From contig CAWKDB010000002.1 in assembly GCA_963848295.1 (NCBI GenBank), forward strand, positions 1,312,001-1,376,000: a stretch of DNA of 64,000 nt, in the 5' to 3' direction. Shown here piece by piece: positions 51,036 through 64,000 of this stretch. The translations under genes and the position numbers were made by a program. Below the pieces are notes generated by a model, which saw only the letters and a program-made list of their open reading frames with translations, did not search any database and was not told the origin of the DNA. The stretch comes from an uncultured delta proteobacterium. Its GTDB lineage: Bacteria; Myxococcota_A; Polyangia; Haliangiales; Haliangiaceae. Position 1 is the stretch's first letter, and every line of letters starts with the position of its first letter.

Positions 51036-52523
51036 ATGTCTGCGGTGCTTTCGTTGTTGCGGGTGATGTCGCTGCGCGATGCCGACGCGATCGTGCTCGA
51101 GGCCGGCAAGGTCCCGAGCCTGCGCCGGCGCGGCCAGGTCGAGGCGCTCGCGATGCCGGCGCTCGATGCCGACATCCTCGCCGACTTCGGCCGCGGGCTG
51201 CTCGCCGGACGCGCGCTCGAAGGACCGCTCGTCGTGCCCTTTGTCGATCCCGATGGCGCCGCGTACGCCATCACGATCGAGCAGGTCGCGGCCGGACTCC
51301 GGCTCGTCGCGCGCAAGAGCGCGAAGCCGTCGGCGCCGAAGCCCGCGCCACCTCCGGTCGCGCCACCGCGCGCCACGCCTGCGGTGATCGAGCATGCGAC
51401 GGCAGCCGAGCCAGCTGCCGCCGAGACGGTGCATGCGTCGGCGCGCGCCGACGTCATCGCTCGGCTCGCTCACCTGCTCGGGCCCGCGGTCGCGATCGCG
51501 CGCGAACACCACGCCTCCGATGTGATCGTCTCGACCGGCCAAGCGCCGCGGATGCGAGTCGCAGGGCGCCTCGAGCTCCTCGAGCTCCACTCCGACGACG
51601 CCGAGCTCGCCGCGTGTGTCGCTGGGCTCGGCGCAGGGGACGCGGGTTCCGGCGCCGATGTCGGGCTCGAGCTCGCCGGCGTGCGCGTCCGCGTCAACGC
51701 GTTCGATCACCTCGGCGGCTACGCCGTCGCGGCGCGGTTGATCCGCGACGAGGTCCCCGGCCTCGCCGCGCTGGGGTTACCCGCCGAGCTCGGACCGATC
51801 GTCGAGCATCGCGACGGGCTCGTGCTGATCTGCGGCCCGACCGGCTCGGGCAAATCGACGACGCTCGCCAGCCTCGTCGCGCAACTCGACGAACGCCGCT
51901 CGGCGCACGTCATCACGATCGAGGACCCGATCGAGTATCGGTTCCGGCCGCAGCGCTGCTTGATCCACCAGCGCGAGCTCGGGATGCACGTGCCGTCGTT
52001 CGCGGCGGGTCTGCGCGCGGCGTTGCGCGAGGCGCCCGACGTGATCGTGCTCGGCGAGCTTCGCGACCGCGAGACAATCGCCGCGGCCCTGACCGCGGCC
52101 GAGACCGGCCACCTCGTGCTCGCCACGCTGCACGCTCCGAGCGCGGTCGGCGCCGTCGATCGCGTGATCGATGCGTTCCCCGAGCCCGGTCAGCGCCAGA
52201 TCAGACAACAGCTCGCGTCGGCGCTGCGCGTGATCGTCACGCAGTACTTGCTGCCGCGCCGCGACGGCGGACGCGTCGCCGCGATCGAGCTCGTGCCCGT
52301 CACTCATGCCGTCGCCAACATCATCCGCAAGGGCGATCTCCATACGTTGCCGACCGCGATCCAATCGGGTCGCGAAGCCGGGATGATCCCGCTCGAGCGC
52401 TCGCTCGCTCGCCTCGCCGACAGCGGCATCGTCGCGCCGGCGGCGATGCGCCGGATCGCCGCGGATCACGACCTGCTCGCCGCGTTGTCGACGATCGCCA
52501 GCGTCAAAGATTCACGGCGGTAA
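51036..52523 (+). CDS. pilT: PilT/PilU family type IV pilus ATPase with extra N-terminal domain
   Basis: GPTGSGKST, TIEDPIE, LREAPDVIVLGELRD, AETGHLVLATLH. Confidence 0.88.
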   Translation: MSAVLSLLRVMSLRDADAIVLEAGKVPSLRRRGQVEALAMPALDADILADFGRGLLAGRALEGPLVVPFVDPDGAAYAITIEQVAAGLRLVARKSAKPSAPKPAPPPVAPPRATPAVIEHATAAEPAAAETVHASARADVIARLAHLLGPAVAIAREHHASDVIVSTGQAPRMRVAGRLELLELHSDDAELAACVAGLGAGDAGSGADVGLELAGVRVRVNAFDHLGGYAVAARLIRDEVPGLAALGLPAELGPIVEHRDGLVLICGPTGSGKSTTLASLVAQLDERRSAHVITIEDPIEYRFRPQRCLIHQRELGMHVPSFAAGLRAALREAPDVIVLGELRDRETIAAALTAAETGHLVLATLHAPSAVGAVDRVIDAFPEPGQRQIRQQLASALRVIVTQYLLPRRDGGRVAAIELVPVTHAVANIIRKGDLHTLPTAIQSGREAGMIPLERSLARLADSGIVAPAAMRRIAADHDLLAALSTIASVKDSRR

Positions 52524-52929
52524 CGCCGAGCCAACCAGCGACCCGCGCCGCGAGCACCGAACGATGACAGCGTGCCGACTCGCGTTCGAAGCACAGCATC
52601 GCCGCTCGCTCGCCGCGCACCGCTTGCGCCGCATGATCGATGATCTCGAGCCGGCGCCCGAGATGGTCGCCGTAGTGCTTGAGCACCATCGCGCAGCCGA
52701 TCGCGAGATGGCGAAACGGATTGCCAGCTTCGCGCATGTGCAGGTAGTCGATCCCCGACGATCGCAACGCGCCGCCGAGCGGGTGCTTCGAGAATCCCTT
52801 GTGGCTCGACTGCGGCAGATCGCGAACATCGATCACGCGAGTGACGCGGTGGTGCGACAGCGTAGCGAGCACTTCGTCGAGGTCGCGATCCTGAAACCCG
52901 ATCGTGAACAGCTCGGTCGTCGACGACAT
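52504..52929 (-). CDS. DUF488 family protein
   Basis: LFTIG, VIDVR..P.S..GF, LCFE...CHR. Confidence 0.85.
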   Translation of the reverse strand: MSSTTELFTIGFQDRDLDEVLATLSHHRVTRVIDVRDLPQSSHKGFSKHPLGGALRSSGIDYLHMREAGNPFRHLAIGCAMVLKHYGDHLGRRLEIIDHAAQAVRGERAAMLCFERESARCHRSVLAARVAGWLGVTAVNL

Positions 52930-53006
52930 GAACCAGATCTACGCCGTGTGAGGTGCAGCCAACATTAAGCTCGCGTATCAAAATGTTTCGAGAGTGTGGC
53001 GAACCG

Positions 53007-54362
<1,356 letters not shown>

Positions 54363-54379
54363 ACGGCCAGCGTACTTGG

Positions 54380-55300
54380 TTACCAGTCGTGCAGGCTACC
54401 CGGATCGTGGCGCGTCGTCGCATGGCGGGATGCGTTGGCGCGCTGGAGTGGATCGGAGCCCTCCTCGAGATCGTCGAGCTTGCGATCGGTCGGCGTCTTC
54501 GGCGATTGGCCCTGCGTGCCGTGGCGATGTGGCTTGCCCCTCGAGTTGTTCGGTGAACCTTGCGCGCTCTGACCGTCGGGACCTTGCTTCGGATCTTGCT
54601 GCCCCTGTTGGCCCTGTTGCCCTTGCTGGTTCTGTTGGTTCTGCGCCTGCCCGGAGCCTTGTTGGTTCTGCTGATTCTGCTGCTGGCCGGAGCCCTGCTG
54701 CTGCTGACCTTGGCCCTGACCCTGCCCTTGTTGCGGCTGTTGCGGCTGCCCTTGGCCTTGCCCTTGACCCTGCTGGGGCTGTTGCTGGCCTTGGCCTTGT
54801 TGCGGTTGGCCCTGGCCCTGCCCTTGCTGCTGCTTCTCGTGTTCATGCCGCTTGCGCAGCGCGAGCTCGAGGTTCTCGGGCGCGCCGTCGATCGCCGGGT
54901 CGTCGCGCAGCGCGTGCTTGTACGCCTCGATCGCGTCGTCGACCTTATCGCGATCCATCAGCGTATTGCCGCGATTGAACGCCGCCTCGCCGCGCAGATG
55001 TGGATCCTTCGACTTCTCGGCCTGGACCAGATCATCGAACGCTCGATCGGTGAGCTTCGCGCGCTCGTTCGGATCCGCCGCCGACTTCGCCTTGCCGAGC
55101 TCGGCCGCGGCGCGATCGTAGGCGAGCCCGTCGCCGTCGACGCCGCCGTCTTGCGCCGCGCGGTCGTACGCGGCGAGCGCGTCGTCCCAGCGATGCTCTT
55201 CGATCGCTTTGTTGCCCGCGGCGACATCCGGATCGACCGAGCGAAATGGATCCCAACCGCCGAGCGCGAGGACGAGCGAGAGCGCGGCGAGCCGCTTCAC
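54380..55300 (-). CDS. BatC-like TPR protein with Gln/Gly-rich tail
   Basis: FNRGN..AIEAYKHAL..NLELAL followed by QG repeats, ending in DW. Confidence 0.82.
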   Translation of the reverse strand: MKRLAALSLVLALGGWDPFRSVDPDVAAGNKAIEEHRWDDALAAYDRAAQDGGVDGDGLAYDRAAAELGKAKSAADPNERAKLTDRAFDDLVQAEKSKDPHLRGEAAFNRGNTLMDRDKVDDAIEAYKHALRDDPAIDGAPENLELALRKRHEHEKQQQGQGQGQPQQGQGQQQPQQGQGQGQGQPQQPQQGQGQGQGQQQQGSGQQQNQQNQQGSGQAQNQQNQQGQQGQQGQQDPKQGPDGQSAQGSPNNSRGKPHRHGTQGQSPKTPTDRKLDDLEEGSDPLQRANASRHATTRHDPGSLHDW

Positions 55301-55324
55301 CGTTCGAGCATGACACGCCAGCAC

Positions 55325-56501
55325 CTAGCGCGCCTCCGGATAACGCACGCGGCGGCGGGTCGCGATCGCGGCCCCGATGACGAACAACATCAGGCCGGCG
55401 AACAGGAACGGCTGGTAGACGTCGTGCATCCGCTTCGTTAACGAAACCGCGAGGCCGCGATTGACGTTCTTGAGCGCCGCGACGATCGGGTCCGGATCGA
55501 CCTCGCCCTGCTCGGCATCGACGAAGTAGCGCTGTGGATCGCCTGCGACCGTCGCGAGATCGCGCATCGACTTGTCATCGCGCTTGGTCGTGACCGTCGC
55601 GCCGTCGCGATCGTGCTTGAGCGCGGCGGTCGCATGATTCGCGCCATCGGTCTCGTGGACGAGGCCGCCCGCGGTGGAGCCGACGCCGACGATGAACACC
55701 GCGATGCCGAGCTCGTGCATCGCGGCCACCGCCGCGTCGGTTTCAGGATCCGACTCGCCGCCGTCGGTGACGACCAGGATCGCTTTGCCGCGCTCGATCT
55801 TCTGCACGAAGTCGTCGTCGTGCTTCGGCGCGTCTTGACGCTCGTCGTGATCCCCGGGCAGAGGATCGCCGCCATGACCGCGGCGCGCCATTTTTTCGCA
55901 GCCGAGATCGGCGTAGAGATCCGGGCGGAGCAAGCAGGTCGCGACCCGGAACATCGTGCCGAGGTCGAGTACCGGGCGGAAGATCATCGGGGCCGAGGTC
56001 GCCGAGAAACCGGATCGCGACGTCGTGATCCTCGGTCAACGGAAAGTGCGACGCGGCGCCTGCAAACACGATCGGCGCGATGCGGTCGCCCGGTAGCTCG
56101 TCGATCACCGCGATCGCGAGCTCGCGCGCGCGGCCGAGCCGGTCGCCGGGCACATTCTTCTCTCTCATCGCGGTGGTCTGGCCGACATCGGGCGTCACCA
56201 TCGACTTCGAGACGTCGATCGCGACGACGAGATCGAGGCCGCGGAGCTCGACCGCCTGGAACCCTTCGCGTTGCGGGCGAGCGAGCGCGATCGCGACGAG
56301 CGCGAGCCCGGCCGCGACGAAGCCCGCCTTGGTCGCACGCCGGCGCGGCGACGCCGACGCGAGCACGCGCGCCAGCACGGCTTGGTCACCGAGTCGGCGC
56401 AGCAAGGTGCGGCGGCGTTGGTCGTCGTGGAGCGCGAGGCCGATCACGACGACCGGCGCGGCGACCGCGATCGCGATCACCCACGGCGTCGCGAGGGTCA
56501 T
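55325..56501 (-). CDS. BatB-like VWA protein, frameshifted near 55968
   Basis: ALARPQ, IDVSKSM, FPLTED, then in the next frame VVTDG, VGVGS..GG, YQPFL. Confidence 0.8.
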
Positions 56502-57571
56502 GGCAGCCTCCGCAACGGTCCGTGCGCGAGCGCGAAGCCGAGGAACAGCAGCGCGGCGCCGACGATCGCGATCGCCTGAAACATCTGCTTGTCCGGGATG
56601 CGCTCGGTGATCGTGCGCTTCGTCGTATCGAGCTTGCTCCGCACCGCTTGGAAGCCGTGATCGAACGAGTCGTAGTCGGTCGCGCGAAAGAACTCGCCGC
56701 CGGTGATCTGCGCGATCGAGCGCAGCGTCGCGGGGTTGACCGACATCGTGCCGAACATGTCCGACTCTTCGCGTCCGACGAGCAACGTGTAGACCTTCAC
56801 GCCCATCTGTGCGGCCGCGTGCGCCGCCTCGTCGGGCTCGAACTTGCGTCACCCAGTTGGAATCGCCGTCGGACAGCAGGATCACGACCTTGCTCTTTGC
56901 ATCGGAGCGCCGCAGCTGGGCGAGCGCGAGCGCGAGTCCATCGCCGATCGCGGTGCCGAGTGCGGGCACGTCGCCGAGCGTGAGATCCGAGACGATCTGC
57001 TCGAGCATCTTCGCGTCGTTCGTCAGCGGGCACTCGAGCATCGCCTTCTGGCCGAACACCACGAGCCCGATGCGATCGTTGTGCGTGCGGTGCAGGAACC
57101 GGCGGATCACGCGCTGCGCCGCATCGATCCGCGTCAGCGGGATGTCGGTCTCTTCCATCGAGCGCGACATGTCGACGACGATCATGATATCGATCGAATC
57201 GACCTCGTGCGTCACGGTGCGATCGGTCTGCGGCTGGGCGAGCGCGACGACGAGCGTGCCGACCCCGACGACCGCGAGTGCGCCGGGGAGCTCGGTCAGC
57301 CATGCGGTCAACCCGCGCGACTCGATGAGCTCGACGCGCGAGAACCCCATCGCGGCGCCGCGCATGCGCTGGAGGTGAAACCCGATCACGCCGACGAGGC
57401 CGGCCGCCGGCAATAACCACAGCGCGCGCTTGGTCCGCCACACGAGCGGCTCGACGCCCCGCTCGTGATCGAGATAGGCATGCAGCCCGAGTGCGCAGAT
57501 CCCGCCGACGATCGCGACGAGCAGCCACGGCCAGCCATAGCGCGCGAACCGCGCGAGCCGGCGCTTGCGAC

Positions 57572-57575
<4 letters not shown>
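56498..57575 (-). CDS. BatA-like VWA protein, frameshifted near 56845
   Basis: ALAQPQ, VDMSRSM, DRIGLVVF, GTAIGDGL, LLSDG, then GVKVYT..LRSIAQITGGEFFRA. Confidence 0.82.
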
Positions 57576-58587
<1,012 letters not shown>

Positions 58588-58591
<4 letters not shown>

Positions 58592-59472
58592 CCGTGGATC
58601 TTCTTCGCGCGCGCTCGGAAGAACGCGACGAGCGCGTCGACGTACGGCTGATCGGTCGTGACCTCGACGACATCGAGGTTGACCCGCCGCAACGCCGCAT
58701 CTCGCGTTTGCTCGGCCGCCCGCGCTCGGCGGCGCAGCTCGTCGCCCGCAGCTCCGCTCGTATCGAGCTCGACGATCCGCCCGGTCTCGAGATCCTCGAA
58801 CACGACGACGCCGACCGATGGCAGCCCGCGCTCGAGCGGATCCCCGACGACGACCGGCACGATGTCGTGACGACGCGCCGAGATGCGCAGCGCTTGCTCC
58901 CAGCCATCGGTCATGAAGTCCGAAACCAAGAACACGACCGAACGCCGGCGGGCGACCCTGCCGAGAAAGTCGAGGCCAGCCGCGAGGTCGGTGCCGCGCG
59001 ACTGCGGCTGGAACGTGAGGATCTCGCCGATCACGCGCAGCACGTGGCGGCGGCCTTTCTTCGGCGGCACGTAGCGCTCGACCCGATCGGTGACGATGAA
59101 CAGCCCGACGCGATCGTTGTTCTTGATCGCGGAGAACGCGACGACGGCCGCGAGCTCGGCGGCGAGGTCGCGCTTCGTAGCGCCGGCGGAGCCGAAGTAG
59201 CCCGACGCGCTCATGTCGATCACGAGGTTGACCGTGCGATCGCGCTCTTCGACGAACTGTTTGACGTGCGGCGCATTCATCCGCGCGGTGATGTTCCAGT
59301 CGATCGCGCGGACGTCGTCGCCCGCGTAGTACGGCCGGACGTCGGAGAACACGAGGCCTCGACCTTTGAACACCGAGTGGTATTGTCCGGCGAGCTGCTC
59401 GTCGACGAGCCGGCGCGACGCGATCTCGATCTTCTTCGCCTTCTGGAACAGGTCGGCCGTCGTCAGACCCAC
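58588..59472 (-). CDS. DUF58 family protein
   Basis: FKGRG..FSDVRPY..GDDVRAIDWN, EER, SDF. Confidence 0.92.
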
Positions 59473-60548
59473 TACGGCACCGGCAGGTACTCGAAGATCC
59501 GCCGCACGACGTCTTCGGAGCGAACCTCCTCGGCCTCGGCCTCGTACGTGACCACGACGCGATGTCGCATCACATCGAGCGCGATCGCCTTGATGTCGTC
59601 CGGGTTGACGTAGGCGCGATGGCGAATGAACGCGTGCGCGCGCGCCGCGGAGGCGAGGCACAACGTCGCGCGCGGTGACGCGCCGTACTCGATCAGCGGT
59701 GCGAGCTCGCCGAGACCGTAGTCGCGCGGTCGCCGCGTCGCCTGCACGACGTGCACGATGTAGTCGCGCACGCGATCCTCGATGTAGACCGAGCTCACGA
59801 GCCGGCGCGCGGCGCGGATCTGCTCGATCGTCGCGACCTCGCGCGGCTCGGGGACTTCGAGCGCGGTCATCCGATCGAGCATCGCGCGCTCGTCACCCGC
59901 GCCCGGATAGTTGACCTTGACGAGCAGCATGAACCGATCGAGCTGCGCCTCGGGCAGAGGGAACGTGCCTTCGTGCTCGATCGGGTTCTGCGTCGCGAGC
60001 ACGAGGAACGGATCGGGCAGCTTCGAGGTCGTGTCGCCGATCGTGACCTGGCGTTCCTGCATCGCCTCGAGCAGCGCCGACTGCACCTTCGCGGGCGCGC
60101 GGTTGACCTCGTCGGCGAGCACGAGGTTCGCGAACAGCGGCCCACGCTTCTGCGTGAACTGCCCGGTGTGCATGTTGTAGATGATCGTGCCGGTGATGTC
60201 GGCGGGCAGCAGGTCGGGCGTGAACTGGATGCGCTGGAACGACGCGTTCAGCGTCTGCGCGAGCGTCTTGACGGTCAGCGTCTTGGCCAGGCCAGGCACG
60301 CCTTCGATCAAGCAGTGGCCACCGGTCAGCAGGCCGATCAGCACGCGCTCGATCAGCTCGCGTTGACCGACCACGACCTTGCCGACCTCGGCGAGCACGT
60401 CGTCGAGGAACGCGCTCTGGCCGAGCACCTCCTCGGTCAACGGCCCGATCTCGATCGGCTGCTCCTTGCCGCCGAACGTCAGCGGCGCGGGGATCGTCGG
60501 ATCGGCGAGCTCCGGAATCGGCGGGGACGCGTCGCGCAATGTATCCAT
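59472..60548 (-). CDS. moxR: MoxR family AAA+ ATPase
   Basis: EGVPGLAKT, RIQFTPDLLPAD, DEVNRAPAKVQSALLEAM, GASPRA. Confidence 0.95.
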   Translation of the reverse strand: MDTLRDASPPIPELADPTIPAPLTFGGKEQPIEIGPLTEEVLGQSAFLDDVLAEVGKVVVGQRELIERVLIGLLTGGHCLIEGVPGLAKTLTVKTLAQTLNASFQRIQFTPDLLPADITGTIIYNMHTGQFTQKRGPLFANLVLADEVNRAPAKVQSALLEAMQERQVTIGDTTSKLPDPFLVLATQNPIEHEGTFPLPEAQLDRFMLLVKVNYPGAGDERAMLDRMTALEVPEPREVATIEQIRAARRLVSSVYIEDRVRDYIVHVVQATRRPRDYGLGELAPLIEYGASPRATLCLASAARAHAFIRHRAYVNPDDIKAIALDVMRHRVVVTYEAEAEEVRSEDVVRRIFEYLPVP

Positions 60549-60645
60549 AGAACCCCTCCACGATGTCACGGATTCCCGACGTATGCCCGTGACATCGCTC
60601 GGAACACGGCGCGCGCCAGCACCCGGGGTGGGATATGTTCGGCGC

Positions 60646-60930
60646 ATGGCGGATCAGCCGGTCTCCCCGTTGCCGGTCGATTTCTCGACCCATGTTCTCT
60701 CGCTCGCGTCGTCCGCATTGATCGCGCTCGGCAAGATGCCGGCCCCCGACGGCAAGCCCCATCCGCTCGAGCCGGAGACCGCGCGTCATCTGATCGACGT
60801 GCTCGCGATGCTCGAGCAGAAGACCAAGGGCAACCTCGAAGAGTCGGAAGCGAAGATGCTCGCGAGCCTGATCTACGATCTGCGCGTCGCCTACGTCGAT
60901 GCGCAACCCAAGGGCAAGGCGCCGGCGTGA
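60646..60930 (+). CDS. DUF1844 family protein
   Basis: FSTHVLSLASSALIALG...ARHLID.L.ML..KTKGNL. Confidence 0.88.
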   Translation: MADQPVSPLPVDFSTHVLSLASSALIALGKMPAPDGKPHPLEPETARHLIDVLAMLEQKTKGNLEESEAKMLASLIYDLRVAYVDAQPKGKAPA

Positions 60931-62024
60931 ACCGCTCGGCCGCGATCGCCGCGGTGCTCGCGGTCGCCGGTTGTCGCGAGCATGAAGTTCCGCCCGACGC
61001 GCGCGGCGCCGCCGCAGGCATGCCCGCCGTCGCGGCGACCACCCGCGTCCTCTATCCGAACGCGCCCGGCTCGTTCGTGGATCTCGTCGCGAGTGCTCGC
61101 CATGGCGTCGTGGCGATCCACGCGGCGCAACCGGTGAAGTCCGGACCGGCCGCGATGTTCCCCGGCACGCCGGAGCAAACCGCCGACGTCTCGCTCGGCA
61201 CCGGCTTCTTGATCGAGGCGAAGGGTGTGTTCGTCGTCACGAACGACCACATCGCCGCGGCCGCGACCGATCTGCGCGCCGTGCTCCCCGACGGCACCGA
61301 CGTCGCCGCGAAGCTCGTCGGCCGCGATACCGAGCTCGACATCGCGCTGCTGTCGGTCGACATGGCCGCGTCCAAGCTCAAGCCGCTGCCGCTCGGCAAC
61401 TCCGACGACCTGCAAGTCGGCGAATGGCTCGTCGCGCTCGGCGATCCGTTCGGCGACGAGGTCAGCGCATCGGTCGGCGTGGTGTCGGCGACCGGCCGCG
61501 ACGGCGCGGGCTCTCTGTCGACCGGCCGCGCGCTCGGGTTTCGCACGTTCATCCAGACCGATGCGCACATCCATCGCGGCAACTCCGGCGGGCCGGTGCT
61601 CGACACCTCCGGCCAGGTCGTCGGCATCGCGATCGCGACTAGCGATCACCCGAGCGAGCTCGGCTTCGTGATCCCGATCAATCGCCTGCGAGAAGTGGTC
61701 GATACGCTGCGCGACAACGGCCAGGTCGCGCGCAGCTATCTCGGCTGCGTCGTTCGCCCGGTCACGGCCGAGCTCGCACAAGCGGATGCGCTCCCCGCGG
61801 TGACCGGAGCCCTCGTCACCGAAGTGTACGCCGGCTCCCCGGGCGCTCGCGCCGGCATCCGGCCCGGCGACATCATCTTGAAGTGGGGCGATCGCAGCGT
61901 CGACCACACCTCGCTGCCGTGGACCGTGGCCGCGAGCCCGATCGGTCGGGCCGTCGTCGTGACGCTGTGGCGCGATCACGCCGAGGCCAAGGCGACCGTC
62001 GTCACCGAGCAGTGGCGCAAGTAG
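60927..62024 (+). CDS. HtrA/DegQ-like serine protease lipoprotein with PDZ domain
   Basis: VAGC lipobox; TNDH, DIAL, GNSGGP catalytic triad; PDZ. Confidence 0.92.
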   Translation: MNRSAAIAAVLAVAGCREHEVPPDARGAAAGMPAVAATTRVLYPNAPGSFVDLVASARHGVVAIHAAQPVKSGPAAMFPGTPEQTADVSLGTGFLIEAKGVFVVTNDHIAAAATDLRAVLPDGTDVAAKLVGRDTELDIALLSVDMAASKLKPLPLGNSDDLQVGEWLVALGDPFGDEVSASVGVVSATGRDGAGSLSTGRALGFRTFIQTDAHIHRGNSGGPVLDTSGQVVGIAIATSDHPSELGFVIPINRLREVVDTLRDNGQVARSYLGCVVRPVTAELAQADALPAVTGALVTEVYAGSPGARAGIRPGDIILKWGDRSVDHTSLPWTVAASPIGRAVVVTLWRDHAEAKATVVTEQWRK

Positions 62025-62062
62025 CGCCGCTGTCATGATTCGTCACAACTCTTTGATAGCGC

Positions 62063-62806
62063 TCACGTGGCTCGCCCGGAGGGCACCGCGAAAACGCTGA
62101 TCGGGCTGCCGCGGAGGTAACCGACGCCGAGCATCCACGTGAGCGGAGCGGCGATCGCGACGCGTTCGTATCCTCTTGGATAGATGCTCGTGCGCCAGCG
62201 CGCCGTGGACCAGCCGTAGAACTGGGCACCGCTCGAGAACGGATCGATGCGGCCGCCGTAGAGCCCTGCGGTGTGGAGGTGCTCGCCGTGCTTGCGCCAG
62301 TTGTTGAGCACGTAGCTGATCGCGTGGCTCGCTTGCGTCGGGGTGGCGAGGATCTCGACGTGGTAACGGTCGGCGAATACCGTGCCGCGACGGCGCAGCT
62401 CGTGGTTGAGCTGCTTGGCGGCCGAGATCTTGAAGCTCTGCATGCCACGTGCGAGCGCGGTGTTGTTGTCGGCCTCGCAGATCAAGTGGAGATGGTTGCG
62501 CTGCACACTGAAATGGCAGATCCGCAACCCGAGTTGATTGAACGCCGAGACTTGTAGCGCCTTACGGATCGCGCGATAGGCCTTCTCGGTGCGCAGTGCG
62601 GCGATCGCCGCGACCACACGCAACGTGATGTGCAGCGGCTTGCTCGGGTCGAGCTCGACACGCCGCGCATGAGTGACACCGGCGCGCGGCCCCTTCGGCT
62701 TGCGCCCTGCGCCCGGTCGCTTGCCGCCTCGACGTTGCCCGTTCTTGTCGGGCCGCGGGATCTCATGTTGCCGACTGCGCGAAGATGCCACGACAGAGAT
62801 CGGCAT
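62063..62806 (-). mobile_element. RAYT/IS200-like (Y1 HUH) transposase
   Basis: LHITLR, HFSVQRNHLHLICEA (HUH), YVLNN catalytic Tyr; start approximate. Confidence 0.82.
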
Positions 62807-63307
62807 ATCACCCGTCGAGGATCTCGTCAATTGATTCGGCATATACAACAATGAGTTCGTCTTGATCTAGACCGCACATGTTGAACAACACCGGCTGCGT
62901 GCGCCGGCCTGTGGACGATGCCGCTCGCGCGGACAGCCGCTCGCGCCGCCGATTGCGGCCCTCGCCGTCGATCGTCCGCGGCTGACCTCGCTCGCTTGGA
63001 CGGCTGCGCCGCGAATCGATCGCGATGACCACGAGCCGACCGAGGTGGCGGCGCACCCGTCCACATCGCGCCACAGGCTCTGCCACCAAGATGTTTTTGG
63101 TTTTCGGGGAGAAGGGACGGAGCGTCGTCTTCCATTCGTCGATCATTCAAATCGATCCATGGAACCAACCATCGTGGCGTCAGGGGCTGTCCGGATTGTG
63201 AGCGACCGGGCGCGCCGGACACTTCGAGCGCGGTCGGTCACAAACGAACAGCCCACCAACAGGCTCGGCACCGCCTAACATCGATGAGTCGAATCATGAG
63301 AGCGCCG

Positions 63308-63701
63308 CTACAAGCCGGCGCGAGCGACACAGGGCGACATGTTCAGACGCACTTTGTCGGTCTCCCCGCTGCGGATGAAATCGCGCCGCTCCTTGCACTC
63401 GGCCTCGGTTGCACGACACATCATGCACACGCTCCAGTGGGCGGGCTGCCGCGGCGTCGCACTGATATCCGCGACCTGGAAACAGGACCATCGCGGCGAC
63501 TCGACGTCGAAGCAGCGATCTCCACATGCCGCGCGATCAGCGAAACATTGAAACGCGCCGCCGACCACCATCAGTGCTTCGGCTCCAAGATCAGCCGCCG
63601 ACAGATTGTCGGCAAGACACCGGACCCGCGCGCGGCGATGGGGTCTGGTTGCCATCGCAGGCAACAAGCGACGCGACGCTGATCACGAGCCACATCCTCA
63701 T
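63308..63701 (-). CDS. possible Cys-rich lipoprotein, apparently frameshifted near 63615
   Basis: MRMWLVISVASLVAC signal in one frame; Cys-rich body in the adjacent frame. Confidence 0.4.
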
Positions 63702-63733
63702 TCGCGGAGCAATCACTTCCACCCTTGCGTTTC

Positions 63734-64000
63734 CTACCGAACGAACGTCGTGGCGATCTCGAGCGAACGCCTCAGCGTCTTGGTGACCGGCGTCTTCTCG
63801 GCGATCTCGGCGAGCTTCGCGCGCTGTTCCGCAGTCACCGCGGGCGCGGGCGTGATCGTGCGGGTGATCCGCTCGACGCCGTCGGCGCTCCGCGCGATCG
63901 AGAGATCGATGTGGAGCGGGCCGAGCTCCCAGCCCTTGCGATCGGCGTACATCCGCAGCGTGATCGCGGTGCACGCCGCCAGCGATGCGAGCAACAGGCC
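63734..64000 (-). CDS. OsmC family protein (5' end outside the window)
   Basis: LLASLAACTAITLRMYADRKGW...IAEKTPVTKTL. Confidence 0.88.
   Translation of the reverse strand, partial: GLLLASLAACTAITLRMYADRKGWELGPLHIDLSIARSADGVERITRTITPAPAVTAEQRAKLAEIAEKTPVTKTLRRSLEIATTFVR

Overview
High-GC (roughly 70%) bacterial DNA with a clear Myxococcota signature, probably Kofleriaceae/Haliangiales-like (inference). Markers are a MYXO-CTERM protein, PEGA, FHA and PilZ proteins, a Ser/Thr kinase, sigma54 activators, AgmX/PglI-like C-terminal domains and PilT. About 60 CDSs are supportable. They include a branched-chain amino acid ABC operon with a LivK-LivH fusion, a peptide ABC/MFS operon, dusB plus a Fis-tailed degenerate activator, mobA, an Mpl-GNAT fusion, a MoxR/DUF58/Bat operon, HtrA and a RAYT/IS200-like HUH transposase. 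No rRNA, tRNA or cas genes were seen. Best candidate for a new system: a cluster at 30.7-36.8 kb with three putative ApbE-type flavinylation motifs (DUF4266, DUF3570 and two tandem DUF2271-like/FN3/CFI-box-CTERM paralogs) and no apbE in the window. Other highlights are pervasive leaderless-type promoters, near-leaderless sigma54 promoters, an unannotated 53-aa hydrophilic gene, a 29/36/29 CRISPR-like direct repeat, an exported M24 pseudo-peptidase and a dense palindromic control region at 27.36-27.50 kb. About six single-base frameshifts are most simply explained as assembly indels. All family assignments come from motif recognition by eye, not database searches.
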